From assembly GCA_963696275.1 (NCBI GenBank), contig CAVOJQ010000012.1, positions 1,001,173-1,065,172 of the forward strand: a DNA stretch of 64,000 nt. The letters run 5' to 3'. This DNA comes from an uncultured Acidobacteriaceae bacterium (lineage in GTDB: Bacteria; Acidobacteriota; Terriglobia; Terriglobales; Acidobacteriaceae). The notes under the pieces are model-generated. The model was not told the DNA's origin. It worked only from the letters and a program-made list of their open reading frames with translations, and did no database searches. Positions within the stretch are counted from its first letter, which is position 1. Every line of letters begins with the position of its first letter. Both the position numbers and the translations under genes were made by a program. Of this stretch, positions 16,646 to 24,742 are shown piece after piece.

Positions 16646-16675
16646 CCCTCATCTCTACATCCCTCATCTCCACAT
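16646..16675. repeat. 15-bp x2 tandem duplication downstream of phoU
   Basis: 'CCCTCATCTCTACAT CCCTCATCTCCACAT' (1 mismatch). Confidence 0.85.
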
Positions 16676-16833
16676 CGCCGAGGTTGTATTTCCCGTGAAC
16701 CCTCGTGTGCCCCCGTGTCCTCTGGCGACAAGTTCTCCTCGACCAGAGCAAACGACGGGACTTCCGGCTCTTGACAGCGGCGGTATCCAAGGCGAGACTC
16801 GGTTCAGCCCTTGAGTGGCTGGACAGTAATCTC

Positions 16834-18027
16834 ATGTACGGATCCGCCGAGCCCGAACCACGCACGACTCCAACCGGCGACAGCAGCGACCCGATCGCGG
16901 CTCGAAAGCGACCGGTCGGGCTTGAGGGCGCGGACGCGGCTGGCGCTTCCTCGCTTGGAAACAGCGTTCTCGAAGAAACGGAACTCGACTCCGCGCTGCA
17001 GTTGCTGGTGGAACGCGCCCAGTACATCACGGGCGCCACTGGAACCGCTCTGGCCCTTCCTCATGGCGACGAAATGGTGTGCCGCGCCAGTGCCGGTTCT
17101 TCGGCGCCGGCGGTGGGCGCACGGCTGCAGGTGCGATCCGGATTGACCGGAGAAAGCATCTCGCGGCGGCAGTTGCTGCGCTGTGACAATGCGGAATCCG
17201 ATCCCCGGGTCAATCTGGAAGCGTGCCGCGCGCTGGGGATCTGTTCGGTCGTGGTCTTGCCCTTGTTGCGCCGTAATGGCGAGGTGCGCGGGCTGTTTGA
17301 GCTTTTCTCCGATCATCCTTATGCGTTTGAAGAGCGCGATCTGGTTGCGCTCGAACGCATGGCCGACCTGACGTTGACTGCGCTCGATCTCGCGGAGCAG
17401 CGCCCGGCGGCACCGGCAAAGCCGAAGCCCGAAGCGGGCAAGGCCGCGGAGAGGATCACGGCCAGTCCTGCTGCCGGTCCGGCTGCGAGCCTGGCTGCGA
17501 GCGCCGAACTTAGTAGAGAAGTTCGCAGAGAGGTGAGTCGAGAAGCTAGTAAAGAAGTTGGCAGCAAGAAGCCTGCCCCCCAGCGTCCCGCACCAGCGGA
17601 AATTTCCGAAGCGCGCGCGGCTCTGCCGTCAGCCGCTTTGTCGCCCTCTTCTTTATCTTCCTCTTTGCCGGTCACTGCGTTACCCGTCACCACTCCGCCC
17701 GAGCAGCCAGCCTCCGTGCCTGAGGCCATGCTGCGCGTGCAGAAATGCGCCTCCTGCGGATTCCCCGTCTCCGAAGGCAGAACGCTGTGCCTTGACTGCG
17801 AGAAGAAAGATCTGGAAAAGAAGGACGCAACCAAACTTCGCCGGCAAGAGACAACTGCAACCCTGGCGGTGGCCGAACCGGGCGTGGCGGCACCCGAGGA
17901 ATTCGTGCCCGCGTTTCTTGCCAACGCCGCTCCCCTTCAGGAATCGTGGCTGGCGAATCACGTCAATCTGCTGGCGATTGTCGTGCTGATTCTGGCAATC
18001 CTCGTCGCGGTCGTCGTCTTTCGCTAG
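16834..18027 (+). CDS. GAF-domain protein with CxxC..CxxC zinc-ribbon-like motif and C-terminal TM anchor (start uncertain)
   Basis: GAF-like 'LLVERAQYITGATGTALALPHGDEMVCRASAG ... GICSVVVLPLLRRNGEVRGLFELFSD', 'CASCGFPVSEGRTLCLDCEKK', terminal 'LLAIVVLILAILVAVVVF'. The listed start 16705 adds an implausible N-terminus. Confidence 0.6.
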   Translation: MYGSAEPEPRTTPTGDSSDPIAARKRPVGLEGADAAGASSLGNSVLEETELDSALQLLVERAQYITGATGTALALPHGDEMVCRASAGSSAPAVGARLQVRSGLTGESISRRQLLRCDNAESDPRVNLEACRALGICSVVVLPLLRRNGEVRGLFELFSDHPYAFEERDLVALERMADLTLTALDLAEQRPAAPAKPKPEAGKAAERITASPAAGPAASLAASAELSREVRREVSREASKEVGSKKPAPQRPAPAEISEARAALPSAALSPSSLSSSLPVTALPVTTPPEQPASVPEAMLRVQKCASCGFPVSEGRTLCLDCEKKDLEKKDATKLRRQETTATLAVAEPGVAAPEEFVPAFLANAAPLQESWLANHVNLLAIVVLILAILVAVVVFR

Positions 18028-18069
18028 TCGATGCGATAACCACCTGTGCACTGGCTAGTGCGCTCATCC

Positions 18070-18097
18070 TTGACAAATTGCCGGGAGAGCCCATACT
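18070..18097 (+). promoter_or_regulatory. sigma70-like promoter candidate for the small coiled-coil ORF
   Basis: TTGACA (18070-18075), 16-nt spacer, CATACT (18092-18097). Confidence 0.3.
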
Positions 18098-18150
18098 CTG
18101 CGCTAGATTGATTTGTTCGTCCGTTTTTCGTCAGGAGACAGGTGCTGAGC

Positions 18151-18405
18151 ATGAAAAATGTGTACGAAGTTTTGCGCCAGAAAGAACTTGAACTGACAAG
18201 GCTGGAAAAAGAAGTGGAGGCCTTGCGAATCGCCGCCCCGCTGCTTACCGAAGACAACAAAGAGCAGGTGGTGGAAGTGCCCAAGCCGACCTTGACCGCC
18301 GCTCCGCAGCCGCAACCGGTTCGGATGGCCGCCTCGGTTGCCGCCCAGGCTGCACCCGCGGCGCGCGCCGCGGGCTGGGAAGATGCGGCCAAGCGCTGGC
18401 CCTAA
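18151..18405 (+). CDS. small coiled-coil hypothetical protein
   Basis: AGGAG at 18133-18137. 'MKNVYEVLRQKELELTRLEKEVEALRIAAPLL', followed by a terminator-like hairpin. Confidence 0.4.
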   Translation: MKNVYEVLRQKELELTRLEKEVEALRIAAPLLTEDNKEQVVEVPKPTLTAAPQPQPVRMAASVAAQAAPAARAAGWEDAAKRWP

Positions 18406-18467
18406 ACCAATCGCGCAGTAGAAACAGGACTTCCCGTCCAAATTGTTTGTGATCATCACTCAGCTCA

Positions 18468-18506
18468 GGATCGACGGCTGCCGTCGCTCCCGAGCTTTTA
18501 TTCTTT
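18468..18506 (+). terminator. intrinsic terminator candidate after the small coiled-coil ORF
   Basis: 'GGATCGACGG CTG CCGTCGCTCC' (10-bp stem, 1 mismatch) followed by 'CGAGCTTTTATTCTTT'. Confidence 0.5.
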
Positions 18507-18512
18507 GGATGT

Positions 18513-21005
18513 CTAATCCTGTGTGGTGAATGCCAGCGCCAGCAGCGTCTTCTGCTCCACCTCATGGGCCTTCGCCGAACCCGTAGCCGGGCTGGCGCTT
18601 CCCGAACGCTTTACGGAGTGCACCGGCCGGTCATCCGTAATGTGTTTCAACCGCGGCAGCATGTAGCTGAGCGCGCCCATGTTGGCGGGCTCTTCCTGCA
18701 CCCAGACAATGTCCCGCGCCGTGGCATGGCGCTCCAGTTCAGCCGTGAGTTCGGTCTCGGGGAACGGGTACATCTGCTCGAGGAAGACGATCGCGGTGCT
18801 TGAATCTTTGCGCTTCTGCCGCTCTGTACGCAGTTCGTGGCCGATTTTTCCGGTGCAGAGCAGAATGCGTTTCGCGTTCTGCGCCTCGGTGTCCGGAATG
18901 ACCGGCAGAAATTTCTGCTGCGTGAGATCGTCGAGCGGAGACAAGGCATCAGGATGCCGGAGCATGCTCTTCGGGGTAAAGACGATCAGCGGTTTTCTCC
19001 ACTTGCGCAGCGCCTGCCGCCGGAGCAGGTGGAAATACTGCGCCGCATTCGAAGGCTGGCAGATCTGAATGTTATCCCGCGCGGCGAGTTGCAGAAAGCG
19101 CTCGATGCGCGCGCTCGAGTGCTCCGGGCCCTGGCCCTCGTAGCCATGCGGCAGCAGGAGCACCAGGCCCGAGAGCAGATTCCATTTGTCTTCGCCGGCG
19201 CAGACAAATTGATCGATCACCGCCTGGGCAACGTTGGCGAAGTCCCCGAACTGCGCCTCCCACAGCACCAGCGCCTCCGGATAATCGCGGCTGTAGCCGT
19301 ATTCAAATCCCATGACGCCGGCTTCGGAGAGAGGTGAGTTGTAGATATCGCAGGGTGCCTGGCCGTGCGAAATGTGGCGCAGGGGAACGTATTCGCTCTC
19401 ATCCTGAATGTCGAAAAGAACCGAGTGGCGCTGATTGAAGGTGGCCCGGCGCGAGTCCTGTCCGCTGAGGCGCACGGGAATTCCCTGTTTCACCAGGCTG
19501 GCGAAGGCAAGCGCCTCGGACATGCCGTAATCGAGTGGCTTCTTGCCCGTGCCCATTTCCTGGCGCTGCTCCAGCAACTTCTTCACTTTCGCATGAATGT
19601 GGAAACCCTCGGGATAGGTGGTGAGGCGCTCGGTGAGTTCCTCGAGTTCTTCACGGGGAATGCCCGTCGGCTGCTCATAGGTCGCCTTGTAACGCCCGCC
19701 GAAGTATGCGTCCCAATAGTTGGGCAGATCGCGCATCAGCGGCTTTTTGGTAAATGTGGTCGCGGCTTTCTGTGCGGCTTCGTATTCACTCTTTACCGCC
19801 TGCGCCTGCTCAGCAATATTCTGGATGCCGAGTTCCTTCGCATAAATCTGATAGAGCGGCGGATGTTCCTTGATGGCCTTGTACATCAGCGGCTGCGTCA
19901 CGGTCGGGTCGTCCACTTCGCTGTGGCCATGCCGGCGGTAGCCGATCAGGTCGACGATGACGTCGGTCGCGAACTTGTAGCGATACTCGGTGGCGATGCG
20001 GGCGATGCGCATGACGGCATCCACGTCTTCGCCGTTGACGTGAAAGATGGGAATTGCCTGCCGCCGTCCGAGCTGCGCCGAGAAGCGTGAGGAGTGCTCG
20101 TCGCGGGCGTTAGTGGTGAATCCGACCAAATTGTTGACGAGCACGTGGATGGTGCCGCCCACGGTGTATCCGGCGAGGTCGGCATAGTTCAGAGTTTCAG
20201 CGGTGATGCCCTGGCCCGCGAACGCGGCGTCACCGTGGACCAGCAGCGGCAGATACTTTGCCTTGCCGCCTTCTCCGGCGCGATCTTGCTTCGCGCGCGT
20301 GCGCCCGATCGTTACCGGGTCGACGGCTTCGAGGTGGCTGGGATTCGAGGCGAGGTGGATATGGATTTTCTTTCCGCTCCTGGTCACGTAATCGCCTGTG
20401 GCTCCCATGTGATACTTCACATCGCCGGAACCCAATACACTGCGCGGATCGACATCCTCAAACTCGGCAAAGACCTGCTCCGGCGGGCGGTTCGCGACGT
20501 GGATGACTACGTTGAGGCGTCCGCGATGGCTCATGCCCATGACCAGTTCCACCGCGCCGTGTTCGCCGGCGACGTCGAGAACCTGATCGACGGCGGGCAG
20601 CAACGATGTGTTGCCTTCGAGCGAAAACCGCTTGTTGCCCAGGTAGCGCTGCTGCAGCGTTTGTTCGAAGAGGTCGGCACGGACCAGCAGATCGAGCGCG
20701 CGTTCGCGGTCGACCGCTAGCGGCTTGCCTTCGATGCGCTCCTGAATCCAGCGCCGCTTTTCCGGGTCGGCAATATGCATGAACTCGACGCCCACGGAGC
20801 CGCAATAGATGCGGCGGGCTTCCCGCGCCCATTCGTTATCGATCGCCAGATCCGGATGCGGTTGCGGAGGCAGAAGCCCGAGCGGGTTGAGTTCGGCCTC
20901 CAGGTATCCGAATTGCCGGAACAGGCTGAAAACATGCTCCCGTTCGTAATCTTCGATGGTGGGAGGGGTCGCGCCTCCGCTGCTGGTGCGAATTGAAGTT
21001 GCCAT
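18513..21005 (-). CDS. sucA: 2-oxoglutarate dehydrogenase E1 component
   Basis: 'GSVGVEFMHI', 'RFSLEG', 'MGMSHRGRLNVV', 'VHGDAAFAGQG', 'HVNGEDVDAV', 'GYRRHGHSE', 'WEAQFGDFAN', 'LLPHGYEGQGPEHSSARIERFLQL'. Start taken at 'MATSIRT' (21005). Confidence 0.9.
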   Translation of the reverse strand: MATSIRTSSGGATPPTIEDYEREHVFSLFRQFGYLEAELNPLGLLPPQPHPDLAIDNEWAREARRIYCGSVGVEFMHIADPEKRRWIQERIEGKPLAVDRERALDLLVRADLFEQTLQQRYLGNKRFSLEGNTSLLPAVDQVLDVAGEHGAVELVMGMSHRGRLNVVIHVANRPPEQVFAEFEDVDPRSVLGSGDVKYHMGATGDYVTRSGKKIHIHLASNPSHLEAVDPVTIGRTRAKQDRAGEGGKAKYLPLLVHGDAAFAGQGITAETLNYADLAGYTVGGTIHVLVNNLVGFTTNARDEHSSRFSAQLGRRQAIPIFHVNGEDVDAVMRIARIATEYRYKFATDVIVDLIGYRRHGHSEVDDPTVTQPLMYKAIKEHPPLYQIYAKELGIQNIAEQAQAVKSEYEAAQKAATTFTKKPLMRDLPNYWDAYFGGRYKATYEQPTGIPREELEELTERLTTYPEGFHIHAKVKKLLEQRQEMGTGKKPLDYGMSEALAFASLVKQGIPVRLSGQDSRRATFNQRHSVLFDIQDESEYVPLRHISHGQAPCDIYNSPLSEAGVMGFEYGYSRDYPEALVLWEAQFGDFANVAQAVIDQFVCAGEDKWNLLSGLVLLLPHGYEGQGPEHSSARIERFLQLAARDNIQICQPSNAAQYFHLLRRQALRKWRKPLIVFTPKSMLRHPDALSPLDDLTQQKFLPVIPDTEAQNAKRILLCTGKIGHELRTERQKRKDSSTAIVFLEQMYPFPETELTAELERHATARDIVWVQEEPANMGALSYMLPRLKHITDDRPVHSVKRSGSASPATGSAKAHEVEQKTLLALAFTTQD

Positions 21006-21166
21006 AAGGACTCTATATAGAATAACGGATGATTCAAATTGCGTGGCCGATTCAGCGGGTGAAATTGGACAAGGGTCACGGGCCATGGCTTGCACGACGG
21101 GGCATGGCCCGTCACCATACCTGCTAGGTTTATAAAAGATAAAAATCAAAACCTGAGGTGGCATCC

Positions 21167-21550
21167 ATGTCCGACGGAATTGTTGATGTGCCTAGCCCCT
21201 ACTCCGTGCCCGAAACTCTGGCGCGGCTGCAGTCGATTCTCCAGGAAAAAGCGATCACCGTGTTTGCCCTGATTGACCACAGCGGCGAGGCGGAGAAGGT
21301 TGGCCTTTCGATGCGGCCGACGCAGTTGCTCATCTTTGGCAGCCCCAAGGCTGGAACTCCGCTGATGGTGGCGGCGCCGCGCCTGGCCATCGATCTTCCC
21401 CTGAAGGCGCTCGCCTGGCAGGACGAGCTTGGTAAGGTCTGGCTGTCGTACAATTCGCCGGAATATCTGCGCCAGCGCCATGGCTTTCCCGCGGATCTCA
21501 TGAACAACATCGCAGGAATTGCCGCGCTCGTGCGGAAGGCTGTGGAATAA
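21167..21550 (+). CDS. DUF302-domain protein
   Basis: 'VPSPYSVPETLARLQSILQEKAITVFALIDHSGEA ... LLIFGSPKAGTPLM ... IDLPLKALAWQDE' matches my memory of DUF302. ATG 21167 follows GAGG. Confidence 0.7.
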   Translation: MSDGIVDVPSPYSVPETLARLQSILQEKAITVFALIDHSGEAEKVGLSMRPTQLLIFGSPKAGTPLMVAAPRLAIDLPLKALAWQDELGKVWLSYNSPEYLRQRHGFPADLMNNIAGIAALVRKAVE

Positions 21551-21592
21551 TAGCGGCGGGCGCGACCTACCTGCTCACAATTATTATTATCC

Positions 21593-21979
21593 ATGCCCGA
21601 AAACTCCAACCCTAACCGCGCCCGCGATCACCTGGCGAACGAACGCACGTTTCTCGCTTGGGTGCGGACCGGTGTGGCGACGATCGTGTTTGGATTCGCC
21701 ATCGGACGATTCTCGTTCGCCCTGCGCGAATTCATGAAACTTCAGGGATACAAAACCGTTACCCCGGGCTTCACCACGTGGCTGGGAATCATTTCCACCA
21801 TCGGCGGGGTCCTTCTGATCTTTGCCGGTCTCCATCGCTACCGGGCGGCGAAGGTTCAAATCGACACCGACACATTTGAGCCGGCGGAGTTCGTGATCGA
21901 CCTTGTGTCTTACTTGCTGGGTACTTTCGGGTTAGTGCTGGCGGGATATCTGGTGTACATCGAACTTGCGAACCGGTGA
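21593..21979 (+). CDS. DUF202/YidH-family membrane protein
   Basis: 'RDHLANERTFLAWVRTGVA' signature plus three TM helices. Confidence 0.7.
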   Translation: MPENSNPNRARDHLANERTFLAWVRTGVATIVFGFAIGRFSFALREFMKLQGYKTVTPGFTTWLGIISTIGGVLLIFAGLHRYRAAKVQIDTDTFEPAEFVIDLVSYLLGTFGLVLAGYLVYIELANR

Positions 21980-21981
21980 GC

Positions 21982-22020
21982 GAATCCTGCGCATGAATCC
22001 TGGGCTTGAATCATCCGATC
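21982..22020. repeat. degenerate 13-bp x3 tandem repeat just after the DUF202 gene stop
   Basis: 'GAATCCTGCGCAT GAATCCTGGGCTT GAATCATCCGATC'. Confidence 0.6.
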
Positions 22021-22069
22021 CATGAGGAGTGGATGCTCCGGCCAAATGCGTGACTCAAAACGGGTGAAT

Positions 22070-22747
22070 ATGGCGCACGAAGGCGAAAAAGAAGCTGCCG
22101 GACGAGCCGCCGCCGAGCTCGTCTGCGACGGGGATGTGGTCGGCCTGGGCACGGGTTCGACGGCTTACTTCGCGGTCGTCGCTCTCGGCGAGCGCGTGCA
22201 CGCCGGACTGAAGATGGTAGGAATACCGACGTCCATCGCCACCGGCGACCTGGCGCGCTCGGCCGGTATCCCGCTGACCACGCTCGACGAACATCCGGAG
22301 ATCGATATCACCATTGATGGAGCTGACGAACTCGACCCTCGGCTCAACCTGATCAAAGGCGGAGGCGGCGCGCTGTTGCGCGAAAAGGTGATCGCGTCCG
22401 CGAGTAAGAAGATGGTCGTGGTCGCGGACTCTGGAAAATTGGTTCCCGTGCTGGGGAAATTTCCTTTGCCCGTCGAAATCATTTCGTTCGCCCGGACGGT
22501 GGTTGAGAAGAAGATCATTGCGCTGGGCGCGTCGCCGAAGTTGCGCACCCAGCGTGACGGCAGTCCTTATGTTACGGACAACGGAAATCCGATTCTCGAT
22601 TGCAGTTTTGGCGAGATTCGCGATCCGGCGGCACTGGCGCTGGCGCTGAGCCAGATACCGGGCATTGTCGAGCACGGCCTGTTTATCGGGCTGGCGGAGT
22701 TGGCGCTGGTGGGACGCGGGAATGCAGTGGAAGAATATCGCCGTTAG
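22070..22747 (+). CDS. rpiA: ribose-5-phosphate isomerase A
   Basis: 'VVGLGTGSTAYF', 'GIPTS', 'IDITIDGADELD', 'LIKGGGGALLREKV', 'GIVEHGLF'. Confidence 0.85.
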   Translation: MAHEGEKEAAGRAAAELVCDGDVVGLGTGSTAYFAVVALGERVHAGLKMVGIPTSIATGDLARSAGIPLTTLDEHPEIDITIDGADELDPRLNLIKGGGGALLREKVIASASKKMVVVADSGKLVPVLGKFPLPVEIISFARTVVEKKIIALGASPKLRTQRDGSPYVTDNGNPILDCSFGEIRDPAALALALSQIPGIVEHGLFIGLAELALVGRGNAVEEYRR

Positions 22748-22770
22748 CGGCAGCTAAAAGGCGCGTTCCT

Positions 22771-22838
22771 GGAAACTTTCCCGGTGCATCTGAAGCCGCA
22801 CCTCTTCAAACCATGCGGAAAGTTCCCGGATGTATCTG
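22771..22838. repeat. two approximately 22-bp direct repeats between convergent rpiA and the desulfurase-like gene
   Basis: 'GGAAACTTTCCCGGTGCATCTG' (22771-22792) and 'GGAAAGTTCCCGGATGTATCTG' (22817-22838). Each begins with a GGAAA..TTCC palindrome. Confidence 0.65.
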
Positions 22839-22851
22839 CATGGTTCCTGCT

Positions 22852-24126
22852 CTATTGCACAATCTCCCTCAGCGCTGCCAGCAGCCGATCCACTTCTTCG
22901 TGAGTGTTATAGTGCACCAATCCGATGCGCAGGAATCCTCCCAGGCGCTCAACGTCCAACTGCTCGGTCAAGTTCAGCGCGTAGTAATTTCCATCCCAGG
23001 TAAAGAAGCCGCGCTCGCCTAACTCGGTTGCCAGCTCGAGCGGAGTGTGGCCTTCGATGCGGACTACGAAGGTCGCGCATCGCTCGTTGCAGCGGCACGG
23101 GTCGGTGATGCCGTAGAGCTTCAGCCCCGGAATCGCGGTCAAGCCCGCGATCATCTTCTCCATCATCTTGCGTTCGTGCCCATGGATCGCCTCGTGCGCT
23201 GCCAGGATCGCCGCGCGGCGGGACTGGATCGCCGGCTCCGCGCGCCGTCCAAGCTCTTCCCAATAATCGACGCAGGCTTTGACACCCGCGATGCATTCGT
23301 GGTTCAGCGTGCCCCACTCCCAGCAATTGGGGATACTGTCAGTGTTGGGGCGCAGTTTATACGGGCGAAATCTTTGCAGGTGCTCGCGCTTGCCGTAGAG
23401 CACGCCCATATGCGGTCCGAAAAATTTGTAAGTCGAGCAGGCAAGGAAATCGCAGTCGAGAGCGCGCACATCGATCGGGCCATGCGGAGCGTAGTGGACG
23501 GCATCGATGTAACTCAGGGCGCCCGCTTGCCGCGCCAGGCGCACCACTTCGGCTACGTTGTTGATGGTGCCGACGGCGTTTGAGGCGTAACCGACCGCCA
23601 CCAGCCGGGTGCGCTTTCCCAGGCTCGCTGCCAGGTCCCGCAGGTCGAGCGTGCAATCGGCTTCGTTGAACTTTACCGTGCGGATGACCACGCCTTTTTC
23701 CTCGAGTGCCTTCCATGGGGAAAAGTTGGCATCGTGGTCGAGCAGCGTGAGTACGATTTCGTCACCGGGGCCCAGCTCGCGTCCAATGGCGCGGCTCATG
23801 GCGTAGGTCAGGGTCGTCATGTTCTGGCCGAAGACGATTTCCTGGGCATCGCAGTTGAGGAAATCGGCCATCGCCTGGCGCGCTTCCGCGATCATCAGGT
23901 CGGTGTTGCGACTGGTGGAGTAGGCGCCGCCGGTGTTCGCATTGTCCCGCGCTAGATAGCCGGAAATGGCATCAATCACCCGCTGCGGAACCTGCGTGCC
24001 CCCGGGGCCGTCGAGAAACACAGCGGGATGTCCATTGACAGTTCGCTTCAGCGCGGGAAATTGCGCCCGCACCCAGTCTTGGTCCAGCGGCGTAGCGCAC
24101 GACGAAATCTGATCCGCGATCGGCAT
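22852..24126 (-). CDS. class-V aminotransferase-fold PLP enzyme, cysteine desulfurase-like
   Basis: 'FLDGPGGTQVP', 'GYASNAVGTINNV', 'YIDAVHYAPHGPIDV', PLP-lysine context 'CSTYKFFGPHMGVLYGK'. Confidence 0.8.
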   Translation of the reverse strand: MPIADQISSCATPLDQDWVRAQFPALKRTVNGHPAVFLDGPGGTQVPQRVIDAISGYLARDNANTGGAYSTSRNTDLMIAEARQAMADFLNCDAQEIVFGQNMTTLTYAMSRAIGRELGPGDEIVLTLLDHDANFSPWKALEEKGVVIRTVKFNEADCTLDLRDLAASLGKRTRLVAVGYASNAVGTINNVAEVVRLARQAGALSYIDAVHYAPHGPIDVRALDCDFLACSTYKFFGPHMGVLYGKREHLQRFRPYKLRPNTDSIPNCWEWGTLNHECIAGVKACVDYWEELGRRAEPAIQSRRAAILAAHEAIHGHERKMMEKMIAGLTAIPGLKLYGITDPCRCNERCATFVVRIEGHTPLELATELGERGFFTWDGNYYALNLTEQLDVERLGGFLRIGLVHYNTHEEVDRLLAALREIVQ

Positions 24127-24312
24127 AGGCTACATTCTAATTCCAGGACCCCACGTCCAGTTGTGTCGTAAGCGTCGTATTTTCATTGCGGCTTTAGCCG
24201 CCGAGGGACCGCAATTCTCAAACCGCGCCACCACCTTTTCCCGGGACTTTTTCCCATTGGCTCGCATCTAACGATAGAATTGAGTGAGTTACTCTCCGGG
24301 CGTGAACATCGA

Positions 24313-24621
24313 ATGAGGGCATGGGCAAATCGGGGCGGGTTGGTCAGAGCTGTGTGTGTGCTCTCGATCGCCTTGGTGTGCCTGATGGGGACGGTGCAGG
24401 CAACGCACTCGCATCCCGATGACTCGGCCACCTCCCACCATACATGCACGATTTGCGCTACGGCTCATGCCGGAGTCAATACCCAGACGGTTGCGGCGGC
24501 GCCGGTTTTGCTCACCGCCGCCCTGATCATTGTTGCCGCCGAAATTTCTGTTATCTTCCGCCCCGTCACCACGCAGTTGATTCGTCCTCCACCAGCGCTC
24601 CCGAAACTATCCCAGGTGTAA
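24313..24621 (+). CDS. small membrane-anchored His/Cys-rich protein
   Basis: TM 'AVCVLSIALVCLMGTV', then 'THSHPDDSATSHHTCTICATAHAG', then a second TM. It lies directly upstream of a TonB-dependent receptor. No confident family. Confidence 0.45.
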   Translation: MRAWANRGGLVRAVCVLSIALVCLMGTVQATHSHPDDSATSHHTCTICATAHAGVNTQTVAAAPVLLTAALIIVAAEISVIFRPVTTQLIRPPPALPKLSQV

Positions 24622-24642
24622 TTGACCCCAGGTGTAATCGAC
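24611..24642. repeat. 16-bp x2 tandem duplication spanning a stop codon
   Basis: 'CCCAGGTGTAATTGAC CCCAGGTGTAATCGAC'. The TAA at 24619-24621 is the stop of the His/Cys-rich gene. Confidence 0.85.
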
Positions 24643-24742
24643 CGGGTATTTTCCGGGGGACCGCGAGTCTTCGATTCTCATCGCTTCTCAATGTGAGCTC
24701 GTATCGAGCCCGACTCGCTCGCGAATTTTCTATTGGAGGAAT

